Assembly: GCA_964514975.1 (NCBI GenBank)
Contig: CAZESS010000011.1
Span: forward strand, 1 to 61,192
DNA length: 61,192 nt
Reading direction: 5' to 3'
Origin: an uncultured Thermoplasmatales archaeon
GTDB taxonomy: Archaea > Thermoplasmatota > E2 > UBA202 > DSCA01
Shown here: one piece after another, positions 10,134 through 19,700 of the stretch
Layout of the letters: every line of letters begins with the position of its first letter
Position numbering within the stretch: the stretch's first letter is position 1
Notes under the pieces: model-generated
The model's input: the letters and a program-made list of their open reading frames with translations, nothing else
Database searches by the model: none
What the model was told of the DNA's origin: nothing
Program-made: the position numbers and the translations under genes

Positions 10134-11039
10134 ATGCCCCCGGATGCTTTATCAACGATGAGACGGGCCCATGTGGCGTTGTTCGTCGCCATCGTGTCGG
10201 TATCATTTGCGGCGGTGCTGATCGTGTCGACGGAGGCAGCGCCGCTCACCATCGCGCTGTACCGGATGCTGTTCACCACGCTGCTGCTCGCCCCGTTTTT
10301 CGTCCTGCGGCGGTACCGCCGGGAGCTCGCACGGCTCGGCCGGCATGACCTCCTCGTGCTCGGAGGCATCGGCGTCGTGCTGGCAGGTCATTTCTCCTTC
10401 TGGATATCCTCGCTGGATCATACCTCGGTGGCCAGCTCGGTTATCCTGGTGACCGCGCATCCCGTCCTGGTGGCCCCGCTGGCCTATCATTTTTTCCGGG
10501 AGCAGATTTCCCGGGTGAACGTCATGGGGATAGCGCTCTCGCTGCTCGGCGTCGCGGTGCTGGTGGGCGGCAACTATGACCTTGATGCGGGGACGCTGCA
10601 TGGCAACCTGCTGGCGATGCTTGGAGGCATGGCAGCCGGCATCTATATCCTGGGCGGGCGCAGGATGCGCCATCGGCTGTCGACGCCCGTCTACGCCCTC
10701 GCGGTGTACGGCGTCGCGACGGTGACGCTGGCCGGGATCGTCCTGGTGGCCGGCGCGCCAGTGGCCGGCATTGGATTCCGCAGCTACGGGCTCATCCTGC
10801 TGATGGCACTGGTCCCCGGCATCTTTGGCCACACGCTGTACAACTGGTCGCTGAAATATGTCCGTGCCTCGGTTGCATCCGTGTCGCTGCTGGGGGAGCC
10901 ACTCGGGTCGACGGTGCTCGCGTTTGCGTTGCCCTGGATCCATCAGGTGCCCTCGTGGTTTACGGTGGCGGGCGGCGGCTGCATATTGCTCGGCATCTAC
11001 CTGGCATCGCGGACAGCCACCCGTCCCGAGCCTTTATAA
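10134..11039 (+). CDS. EamA/DMT family transporter
   Basis: About 10 TM helices, two EamA halves, TSVASSVIL and LGEPLGS motifs; true start may be MRRAH. Confidence 0.9.
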   Translation: MPPDALSTMRRAHVALFVAIVSVSFAAVLIVSTEAAPLTIALYRMLFTTLLLAPFFVLRRYRRELARLGRHDLLVLGGIGVVLAGHFSFWISSLDHTSVASSVILVTAHPVLVAPLAYHFFREQISRVNVMGIALSLLGVAVLVGGNYDLDAGTLHGNLLAMLGGMAAGIYILGGRRMRHRLSTPVYALAVYGVATVTLAGIVLVAGAPVAGIGFRSYGLILLMALVPGIFGHTLYNWSLKYVRASVASVSLLGEPLGSTVLAFALPWIHQVPSWFTVAGGGCILLGIYLASRTATRPEPL

Positions 11040-11064
11040 ATCATATGTACATTACGGAAAAATA

Positions 11065-12003
11065 ATGCGCGTGGGGATTACGGGTGCCGCGGGCTACTTC
11101 GGCAGAAAAATCATCGAACGCCTCGAGGAAAACGAGCGCTGCGAGCACATCGTGGGCATTTCCCGGCGGCCATGGCAGCACGAGTATGACAAGCTCACAT
11201 ATTACCGGCTCGACGTGCGAAGCGATGCGCTGCCAGCGCTGTTCGCCTCCCACGGGGTGGACACGGTGATACATCTCGCGTTCATGCTGAACCCCATCCA
11301 CGACGAACAGGAGATGCACAACATCAACGTCAACGGCACCAAAAACGTGCTCGCCGCCGCAGCCGGGGCAGGCGTCAAAAAACTGCTGATGAGCAGCAGC
11401 ACCACGGTCTATGGCGCCCAGCCGGACAACCCCCGGCGGCTGACCGAGCAACATCCACGCCGCGGAAACGAAAGCCGGTATTATTTTGCCCGGGACAAGG
11501 TCCGGCTGGAAAACATCTGCGAGCGATGGAAACAGAAACATCCCGGGGTCATCGTCACCATGCTCCGCCCCTGCCTGGTCATGGGGCCAACGGTCGACCA
11601 GTTCTACTCCCATCTGCTCCAATGGCGGATGCTCCCCCTTGTCAGCGGCGCCAACCCGGAGATGCAGTTCGTCCACGAAGACGACGTCGCCCGGGCATTC
11701 GAACATTTCACCGTCGAAGACGTCGGCGGCGTGTTCAACATCGTCGGCGACGGCACCATGCGATGGCGGGACATCGTCGAAACAGCCGGCATCCGCCCCG
11801 TCAGGATACCCCGCATCCTGCTCTCGCCGTTCCTGTCGCTGGCATGGTGGCTCCACCTGGTAGAGGTCCCGCCCGCCATCATCGACTTCATCCAGTACCA
11901 GTGGGTGGCCGCGGGCGACAAGGCAAAAAAAGCAGGCTTCACCCCGCGGTACAGCACCAGGGAAACCCTGTCCGCCTTCCTGAACGAGAAGAAAAGGTTT
12001 TAG
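11065..12003 (+). CDS. NAD-dependent epimerase/dehydratase (extended SDR)
   Basis: MRVGITGAAGYFG, HLA, NVNGT, SSTTVYG, QFVHEDDVA; TATA TTTATAA about 30 nt upstream; track ORF 10858 is over-extended. Confidence 0.9.
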   Translation: MRVGITGAAGYFGRKIIERLEENERCEHIVGISRRPWQHEYDKLTYYRLDVRSDALPALFASHGVDTVIHLAFMLNPIHDEQEMHNINVNGTKNVLAAAAGAGVKKLLMSSSTTVYGAQPDNPRRLTEQHPRRGNESRYYFARDKVRLENICERWKQKHPGVIVTMLRPCLVMGPTVDQFYSHLLQWRMLPLVSGANPEMQFVHEDDVARAFEHFTVEDVGGVFNIVGDGTMRWRDIVETAGIRPVRIPRILLSPFLSLAWWLHLVEVPPAIIDFIQYQWVAAGDKAKKAGFTPRYSTRETLSAFLNEKKRF

Positions 12004-12030
12004 TATGCCAAACGCCATACATGTCGCCAC

Positions 12031-12103
12031 GGGCCCGTAGGGTAGCTTGGAATCCTTCTACCATGGGGCGGTAGTAACTCGAGTTCAAATCTCGACGGGC
12101 CCA
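12031..12103 (+). tRNA. tRNA-Pro(GGG), intronless, CCA not encoded
   Basis: Acceptor GGGCCCG/CGGGCCC, D-arm GGGTAGCTTGGAATCC, anticodon stem CTACC/GGTAG with loop ATGGGGC, T-arm TCGAG-TTCAAAT-CTCGA, discriminator A. Confidence 0.95.
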
Positions 12104-12104
12104 C

Positions 12105-12278
12105 TCATTTTTCTGGCATCAGATACGGGATGCCCTCTTTGATGTCATAGTCAGCGTCACATTTCTCGCAGTGCAATGTTCCCGTCCATATCTCGCCGTC
12201 CTGTTCACGGGCGTCCCGAAGCGACAGCTCGCCATGGCACATCGGGCAGCGCAACAGTACCAGATATTCCTCCTGCAT
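12105..12278 (-). CDS. trm112: Trm112-like methyltransferase activator
   Basis: LLRCPMCHGEL...GTLHCEKCDADYDIKEGIPYLM zinc-knuckle signature. Confidence 0.85.
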   Translation of the reverse strand: MQEEYLVLLRCPMCHGELSLRDAREQDGEIWTGTLHCEKCDADYDIKEGIPYLMPEK

Positions 12279-12323
12279 CACATCCATAAACAACACATTA
12301 AAATAAAAAGGTGTTTATCGCTC

Positions 12324-13115
12324 ATGCGTCTCGCGTTCTCCATCGCCTACGACGGCACCCGGTTCCATGGGTCGGCGCGGCAGCCAGACATGGCGACGGT
12401 CGAGGGTACCATCATCGAGCGGCTCATGGAAATGCATGCGATCGAGAGAGCCGCCGGGGCGCGTGTCCAGATGGCCTCGCGGACCGATGCAGGTGTCAGC
12501 GCCGCCGGCAACATTGTCGCCTTCACCACCGACATGGCCCCGGAGTCTGTGGCCAACGGCCTCGTATATGGGCTCGAAAACATATATCCATGCTGTTACG
12601 CCGTCGTGGACGACGGCTTCAGGCCGCGGCATGCACAATGGAAAAGCTACCGGTACTATCTCCCCGGGGAGGGCTACGACCTGGCTGCCATGCGGCAGGC
12701 CGCCCGTTTTTTTGAGGGCAGCCATGATTTTTCGGCGTTCGCCCGGCTGGACGACCGGCCTCCTGTCAGAGAGATAACAGGGGTGACGGTGACCAGCGAT
12801 GACATCGTGACGGTTGACGTGGATGGCCACAGCTTTCTCTGGGAGCAGGTACGGCGGATGGTCGCCGCGCTCCGGATGGTTGGCCGCCACGATATAGCGC
12901 CGGGGGTGATACGGGATGCGCTCCGGTGTCCCGACGGACAGGGGTTTGGCGTCGCCCCGCCGGAATACCTGCTGCTCCTGGACGTCGCATACGGGATGCC
13001 GTTGCCCTGGATCGACCTCGCGGGCGTGGAACGGCTGGCAGCGCGGCGCCGCTCCCTGGAGGCACGGGCCCAAATGTTCCGGGATATATCGCTTCATGGC
13101 CATCGAAATAAATAA
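12324..13115 (+). CDS. truA: tRNA pseudouridine(38-40) synthase TruA
   Basis: IAYDGTRFHG, ASRTDAGVSA, GSHDFSAF, SFLWEQVRRMV. Confidence 0.95.
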   Translation: MRLAFSIAYDGTRFHGSARQPDMATVEGTIIERLMEMHAIERAAGARVQMASRTDAGVSAAGNIVAFTTDMAPESVANGLVYGLENIYPCCYAVVDDGFRPRHAQWKSYRYYLPGEGYDLAAMRQAARFFEGSHDFSAFARLDDRPPVREITGVTVTSDDIVTVDVDGHSFLWEQVRRMVAALRMVGRHDIAPGVIRDALRCPDGQGFGVAPPEYLLLLDVAYGMPLPWIDLAGVERLAARRRSLEARAQMFRDISLHGHRNK

Positions 13116-13153
13116 ATAGCGTATTGCCATTAGGTAAAGTAGGTGATTGGAGA

Positions 13154-13864
13154 ATGAAGTCAAAAACACTAAAGCTGAGTGTCGCAATCAGCGTTGCTGC
13201 ACTGCTGGTGCTACCGGCGTTGGCGGTGAACCCCGTTCATGCATCTCATTCAGATGACGAGCGGGAGATAACCGTCAACTGCTCCGTTGTAAACGACAAC
13301 ACGAAAACCGCGATGGCCGAGAAGACCATTACCGTGAGCGAGGCGAAACAGCTGTCGAACCAGTGGGACCGAGCAGCGGAGGCATTCGAAACCCTGTACA
13401 ATGCCGACGACGACAATGATGAGACAGAGAAGGAAGAAGCACGCCGCATTATCGAGAACGCCATCGAGATGATGAAACGGCTGGGGCTTCTGTCAGCGAC
13501 CGGCATGACGTCGAAGCTGCTGCGCCACCTGCTGATGCCCTCGCACACCGTCGACATACTTGGTCCGGTGGTCAGCGTGGGCAAGGGGCGAACCTGGATA
13601 CCGCTGTATCCCGGCGAGGCGTTCATCGGCATGATGCTCCGCCCGATCTTCGTGATGTACCCGTTCATGGGATATACGGCGTCGCTGAACGCGCAGTTGC
13701 TGCCGCCGCGTCTGAACTACTGGGATCTCGTCGGACCGCAGGTCTTCATGTCCTGGGGCTTCACGGGTATCTTCATCAATTTCGCCAAGATAGGCGTCGG
13801 CATACCGAACACGAACTTCATGCTGGGCTACTCGGCGATGACAGCGGGCATCAGCCTGATGTAA
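13154..13864 (+). CDS. Secreted hypothetical protein
   Basis: SD AGGTGA, signal peptide MKSKTLKLSVAISVAALLVLPALA, host-like codon usage, pyrimidine tract after stop. Confidence 0.75.
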   Translation: MKSKTLKLSVAISVAALLVLPALAVNPVHASHSDDEREITVNCSVVNDNTKTAMAEKTITVSEAKQLSNQWDRAAEAFETLYNADDDNDETEKEEARRIIENAIEMMKRLGLLSATGMTSKLLRHLLMPSHTVDILGPVVSVGKGRTWIPLYPGEAFIGMMLRPIFVMYPFMGYTASLNAQLLPPRLNYWDLVGPQVFMSWGFTGIFINFAKIGVGIPNTNFMLGYSAMTAGISLM

Positions 13865-13875
13865 AAAGCCGTGTT

Positions 13876-13910
13876 CCCTCTTTTTCCCTTTTTCTCCCTG
13901 TTTTTTTATT
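13876..13910 (+). terminator. Archaeal pyrimidine/U-tract terminator
   Basis: CCCTCTTTTTCCCTTTTTCTCCCTGTTTTTTT right after a stop codon; similar tracts at 48076-48095, 56781-56811 and on the minus strand at 33549-33575 and 58857-58877. Confidence 0.6.
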
Positions 13911-13978
13911 CCATCATTGTATTTTGTTAAAATCCGCTGATGCTAAGGTTTATAAGCCTCCGGGCATTCGGATGTGTA

Positions 13979-14893
13979 ATGGGTGGACGATTTAAAGCAT
14001 GGCTACACCTAGTGAGACCCTTCACGCTCATCGCGCCCTTTATCGCCGTGTTCTTCGGCGTCGTCATTCAGCTCTCGTTCAACGGAGCCCTGGACACCTT
14101 CCTGCCCAACGTGTCCACCATCATCTTCGCGGGGCTCGCGCTGTCCGCGGCGCAGGCCGTCGGCCAGATTTTGAACCAGGTCGAGGACGTCGAAATCGAC
14201 GTGCTCAACAACAAGGGCTACCGACCGATTACCAGCGGTGCTATCAGCCCGGCGCAGGCGGAGATCGCTGCCTGGGCGCTCGCTATTTTCGCCATCCTTA
14301 TCGGCTTCGCGGTCAACCTGGTGTATGGGGTGTTCATGGTCGCGTTTTTGCTGTTCGACATCCTGTACAACCTTGAGCCCTTCCGCATCAAAAAGCGGCT
14401 GTGGCTGAACACAATGTCGCTGGCTGTCTGCCGCGGTCTACTGCCGCTTCCGGCCGCCTGGAGTATTTTTGGCAATGCGGGTAGCGCGGTTCCCTGGCTG
14501 CTCGGAAGCATCATGGCGGTATGGGTGCTGGCATGGCAGAACACCAAGGATTTCACCGATGTCACCGGGGACAGACAGTGTGGCATCATGACGCCGACGG
14601 TGTATCATCGCTGGTCAACGCTGACGGCTATCATTGGAAGCCTGTCGCTGCTGACGTTTCTCCTGCTCGGCGGCTACATCGCGGCGGGATGGCTGCCCGT
14701 GTCGCTGCTCGCGCTCATGCTGCTCGCGCTTCCCACGGGCCGGATGTTTTACAAGATGGCCCGGAACGCGATTGCGGTGACGGCGCTGGAGAACAACGAG
14801 CTGTGGGCCGGCTTCTATCTCACGCTGGCCGGCTTCTATGTCGTGGCCGCGGCCGCGTTTCTGGTGAACCCATATCTGACATTGTTTTCCTAG
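13979..14893 (+). CDS. UbiA-family prenyltransferase (DGGGP-synthase-like, substrate uncertain)
   Basis: LVRPFT, NQVEDVEIDVLNNKGYRP, NTKDFTDVTGD Asp-rich motifs; multiple TM helices; TATA TTTATAA upstream. Confidence 0.85.
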   Translation: MGGRFKAWLHLVRPFTLIAPFIAVFFGVVIQLSFNGALDTFLPNVSTIIFAGLALSAAQAVGQILNQVEDVEIDVLNNKGYRPITSGAISPAQAEIAAWALAIFAILIGFAVNLVYGVFMVAFLLFDILYNLEPFRIKKRLWLNTMSLAVCRGLLPLPAAWSIFGNAGSAVPWLLGSIMAVWVLAWQNTKDFTDVTGDRQCGIMTPTVYHRWSTLTAIIGSLSLLTFLLLGGYIAAGWLPVSLLALMLLALPTGRMFYKMARNAIAVTALENNELWAGFYLTLAGFYVVAAAAFLVNPYLTLFS

Positions 14894-16470
14894 AGCTGCC
14901 TGGACATGTAGATGCCACGCCTCATGTACCCTTGTTTTTCATAGTATTCCCGGGCGCCGATGCCGCTGAGCACCAGCAGCGCGTCCATGCCCGCATCGGC
15001 AGCAACATGTTCCGCTTCCTCCAGCAGCTGTTTTCCGTAGCCGTGGTGCTGCCAGTCATCGCGGGAATGACGGCCCAGCGGGACGAGCGGGCCGCTCACC
15101 CTGAGCTCCCTGACCAGGGCGTCATGGTCGCCGGCGTCGGGATGCCATGCTCGGCCGGGAAACCGGAGGCGACAGTAACCGGCAAGCGCGCCGTGCTCGT
15201 CCTCCATCGACAGATAATATTCGGTGCCCGTGCTCGCCCGGTATCGTCGCTGCCGGAGCATGAGGTCGCCGATGTCCGCCTGCTGCTTGTACTGCCGGTG
15301 GCCGACCTCGCGGCATCGGATGCAGCGGCAGACCTGTCCGTGGTGCTCCATGTATGCATGGACGAGCTGCCGGAGGTTGCTTTTCTGGACGCCGGCATCG
15401 ATAAGCGGGGCGGGAACGTCGCGCTGCACCCGCTGGATGCGCACCCAGGATGGCACCCGGGTTTTCCATGCGGCGATTTGCTCCGTTGCCTCCCTGGTGG
15501 TGAGGGGCTCGTAGTCGCCCTGCCGCCATTGTTCGTGGAGCTCTGACGGCGCGACCACCAGGGTTGGATATATTTTGAGCATGTCGGGACGGAATGCAGG
15601 GTCGTCGAAAAGCATGTCGAAGGACATGTCATCGCGCTCCCTGTTGCTTCCGGGCAGCCCGGGCATGAGATGGTAGCATATCTTGAGGCCTGCGTCGCGG
15701 CAGATGCGCGTCGCTGCTCTGACATCGGTGATGGTGTGCCCGCGCCGCATGACGTGGAGCACCCGGTCGTCGAGGATCTGGACGCCGAGCTCGACCCGGG
15801 TCGCCCCCATGCTGAGGATGCGGTCGATGTGGTGCAGTCGCGCCCAGTCCGGCCTGGTTTCAACGGTGATCCCGATGCACCGGCAGCTGGCATGTTCGTT
15901 GCGGCGCATCGCTATTTCGAGCGTCGGGGATGCGCGGTCGTTCATGGCGTCGAGGCATCGATGGACGAACCAGCGCTGGTAGCCAAACGGCCGGGCGGTG
16001 AAGGTGCCGCCCATGACGACGAGATGTATCTTGTCGACGGGGTGCCCGATGGCCTCGAGCTGCCGGATGCGATGCATCGTCTGCCGGTAGGGATCGTAGT
16101 CATGGTTGACGGCGCGCTGCGCCGCGGGTTCCCGGCCGGTGTAACTCTGCGCCGACTGTGGCGGACCGCCCGGGCAGGGGACGCAGCGGCCGTGTGGACA
16201 TGGATGTGGCGAGGTCATGACCGCGACGACGGCGATACCGGACAGGGTGCGCACCGGTTTTTTCTGAAGCAACGGCAGCGCCTCGCGCCGATGGCTGTCG
16301 GGAACGTGTTTGAGCAGTTCGCTGTTCGCCGGCGGTGCGTCCAGCCCGTACCGTTTGCAGAGCCGTTTTTTGTGCTGCTCGACCTGCTCCCTGGCGATGA
16401 TGTCGCCGCGGTGGATGGCCCGAGCGATATCCCTGGCGATATGTGCCGTTTTTGTGTTACTGTCGGTCAT
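14890..16470 (-). CDS. elp3: tRNA uridine(34) carboxymethyl modification enzyme Elp3 (radical SAM + GNAT)
   Basis: RTLSGIAVVAVMT, CPHGRCVPCPGG, MGGTF, ETRPD, KIYPTLV, WQHHGYG. Confidence 0.95.
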   Translation of the reverse strand: MTDSNTKTAHIARDIARAIHRGDIIAREQVEQHKKRLCKRYGLDAPPANSELLKHVPDSHRREALPLLQKKPVRTLSGIAVVAVMTSPHPCPHGRCVPCPGGPPQSAQSYTGREPAAQRAVNHDYDPYRQTMHRIRQLEAIGHPVDKIHLVVMGGTFTARPFGYQRWFVHRCLDAMNDRASPTLEIAMRRNEHASCRCIGITVETRPDWARLHHIDRILSMGATRVELGVQILDDRVLHVMRRGHTITDVRAATRICRDAGLKICYHLMPGLPGSNRERDDMSFDMLFDDPAFRPDMLKIYPTLVVAPSELHEQWRQGDYEPLTTREATEQIAAWKTRVPSWVRIQRVQRDVPAPLIDAGVQKSNLRQLVHAYMEHHGQVCRCIRCREVGHRQYKQQADIGDLMLRQRRYRASTGTEYYLSMEDEHGALAGYCRLRFPGRAWHPDAGDHDALVRELRVSGPLVPLGRHSRDDWQHHGYGKQLLEEAEHVAADAGMDALLVLSGIGAREYYEKQGYMRRGIYMSRQL

Positions 16471-16473
16471 GCG

Positions 16474-16761
16474 TCATGTGTAGGCCATCCCGTGGTCGCC
16501 GGTTTCGTGGTCGCTGTCAAGACCATACTTTTTGGCGATGGACTCACGTTCGACGAAAAGATCTTCAAGCCGGGATATACGCCGCTGGACGTCCTCGTCC
16601 TCGATGTCCATTTCTTTATACATCCGGCTGATAAGCTTGACAAGGTCAACGAATACGGGAAAAAGGGACTGCTGCGCCCGGTACATCTCCTCGAGCACCG
16701 CCTCCTGGTACCGGAGCTTGCTCTCGAGTTCCTCCATCTTCCTGTCGACTTTTTCTGCCAT
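16474..16761 (-). CDS. Small coiled-coil hypothetical protein
   Basis: SD GCAGGTGA before MAEKV; helical charged sequence; co-oriented with and abutting elp3. Confidence 0.65.
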   Translation of the reverse strand: MAEKVDRKMEELESKLRYQEAVLEEMYRAQQSLFPVFVDLVKLISRMYKEMDIEDEDVQRRISRLEDLFVERESIAKKYGLDSDHETGDHGMAYT

Positions 16762-16799
16762 GTGGGGGGTCACCTGCCATCACAAAAGCAGGACCGTTA

Positions 16800-19700
16800 T
16801 TAAATCTTCCCCTGCCGTCTGCGCAGCGCCAGGCATGCAACGGCGAGCGCCAGCAGCAGCAGCGGCATGGCGAAGCCGGGCGTGTCGTTGTCATCTGTGA
16901 CCGTGATAGTTTTCGTCGTGGTGTTTTTCGCGCCGTCGTCGTCCCATATAGTCAGCGTCACCGTGTAGGTACCCGCTTTTTCGTAGGCATGCGAGGGGTT
17001 TTGCGCTGCCGATGCGTTGCCGTCGCCGAAGTCCCAGTGCCAGGTTTCGATGACGCTGTCATCAGTGGACAGGTCGGTGAAGGACACGGGCTCTCCTGCC
17101 CTGGGCTTCGATGGAATCGCCGAGAAAGCCGCGGTCGGCCTGGTGCCGGACACCTTTATTTTAAGGGAGGTGGTGTCGGTCGCGCCGTCGTCGTCGGCCA
17201 CGCGCAGCGTCACCGTGTAGGTGCCCGCAGTGCTGTATGCATGCGAGGGATTCTGCTGGCTGCTGGTGGCACCGTCGCCGAACGTCCAGTTCCAGCTGAC
17301 CACGGCGCCGTTGCCGTCGGTGCTGCCATCGGTGAACTGGATGGTCTCGTCGATAGCCGCCTCGGATGGCGACATGGTGAACCGGGCCTCGGGCGGCGTG
17401 TTGGACACCGTGATGGTGGTCTCGTGCGAGGCGCTTGCGTTCTGGCTGTCGGTGACGGTCAGCATGACGGTGTAGTTCCCGGGATGGGCATACCTGTGGG
17501 AGGGATGCTGCCGTGATGAGGTGTTGCCGTCGCCGAAGTCCCAGTGCCATTCGGCGATGTCGCTGTTTCCGTTGGGGTCGCTGGACCGGTCGACATAGTC
17601 GACGGGTTCATCGGACAATGGCTGCGCCGGATAGATGAAAAACGCTGCCACTGGCGGGCTGTTGGGAATGGCCGCAGCATTTTCCACCATGTCCATGAGC
17701 GGGTAGCTGTCGGCTGCGGAGCCATCCGCTATCGGATACGGAATGTCGCCGATGCCGTCGCTCCCCGACTGGTTTTGCGCCGGCCCTCTACGATGATCGG
17801 TGCCCGCGTAGTCGCTCCAGTAGTTGCCGCCGGCGGGATAGCCGTCGTCCCAGGAGTTGTTGGCTCCCGTGTCGGAGGCCTGCTCCATGTTGTAGGCGAA
17901 GTTGTTGTGATAGATATCGTTGAAGCGGCCGTTTATGATGCGGACGCCGTACATGTTCTTCCAGAACGAGCAGCGGACCACGGTGGTGTTGCCCGCGTGG
18001 ATGTCAAGGGCGTTGACGTTGTGATGGAGCAGTGAGCCGGTGATGGACGTGTCATTCGCATCGCTGAGCAGGAGCGCGTCGGTGTTGTTGTACACCACGC
18101 AGTCGTCGATGGTGGTGCCATTTGAGGCGGTCACCGTGACGGCGTTGACGTTATCGTGGAGCGAGCAGCCGGTGAGCATGACATCGGTGGAATGGTTAAT
18201 GGTGACGGCGTAGGTGTTGCCCGCGATGGCGCCGCCATCGGTGCAGTTGGCAACGCTGGCATGGGCATGGTCGAGCAGGATGCCGTAGGTGTTGTTGGTG
18301 ACCGTGCATCCCTCGATTGTAACCTCGGAAAACATGACGTGTAGCGCGTGATTGCTGGCGTCGAGAACCACCCCGCCGAGATAAACCGTCGTGTTGTCGT
18401 CTGCCATGATACCGGTCGAATGGTTGTGCAGCGTGGCACCTGCAATGGCCACCGTCGCCCGAGTCGCGGCGACGCCGACATCGTTGTCATGCAGATGGCC
18501 GCCCTGCATGTCGATAGTCCCATCCGTTGCCGTAATGGCCGTGTTATGGCCCCACATGGATAGGTTGTACAGCATGGCGCTGGACCGTGCTATCTCCAGT
18601 CCGTCGGTGTTGTCGTGCAGCGTGGTGTTGCCGACATGGATGTCATCTGACTTGTACAGCCGGATGGCAACGTTCTGGCTGCCAGACAGGGTCAGGTTTT
18701 CGAGCGTGTTCGAGCCCGTGTTTTCGATGTTGACCCCGAGCCAGTTGTCGGTGACGTCGCTGTCTGCGATGTGCACATGGCCGGCGCCGCCGGTGGAACG
18801 ATACAGGTTGATACCCCGCTGCCCGTTGCCGGTGATGGTACATGCGGTGATGGAGACGTTGTGCGTGCCGCTCGTCATGATGACGCCGTCGCCAGCGTTG
18901 TCCGAGCAGGTGGTCGACATGATGGAGCCGTTGCTCGAGGAGAACAGCACGGCGCCGTCCCTGCTATTGGCAAAAGTGCTTCCTGTAACGGTGAAGCTGT
19001 GCACGTCGGCCAGAAGCAATCCCTCTCCGTTGGGCTCCGTCCTCGCGCCATGGATGGTAACGTTGTGGCAGCTGACGAACGCAAGATAGCCATATCGGCC
19101 ATCCGGTGCAACAGCTGACCAGTTGACATCCGATGTGTCGGTAATGTAATAGACGGGCCGCCCGTTGACCGTGTTGCTGTCGTCGATGTCCTGATGGTAA
19201 TGGGACACGGTGCTCCCCTCGAGGTCGATGGCGTAGTCGTTGTCCACGAAGGAGTTGTTGTCGAGCACGTTTTCGGGCGCTCTGAAAAGCCTGAGCGCGA
19301 TGTGGTTGCCGGACAGGTTGTTGCCGTCCAGATGGGTATACATCCCGGAGAGAACGGTGACAGCGAGCATGTTGCGACGGAGATGGCTGTGCTGCACACG
19401 GCAGTTGGTCGCGTCGGTCAGCGCGAGCGCGGTCTCGCTGTCCGCTATCATGCTGTCCGCTATGACGGCGGCGTGGCTGCCGTTGAGCGCGACGGCGTTG
19501 GTGTTGTTTGCAAACGACGTGTTTTGAATGGCTGTATCGGTATCGTTCTCTGCGGACATGCCGTGTGTGTTGCCCGAGAGCGTGGATGTCGTGACAGTGA
19601 GATGATGGGCGTCGTGGACGACAATGCCGTACATGTTGTCTTCGATGGTGCAGCCGGTTATGGCGCCGTCGTCTCCCTGCATCAGCAGCGCAAGGGTGTT

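Noticed and set aside
12031-12110. tRNA-Pro as integration site, or tRNA intron
   Set aside because: No duplicated 3' fragment or integrase seen; canonical 7-nt anticodon loop.
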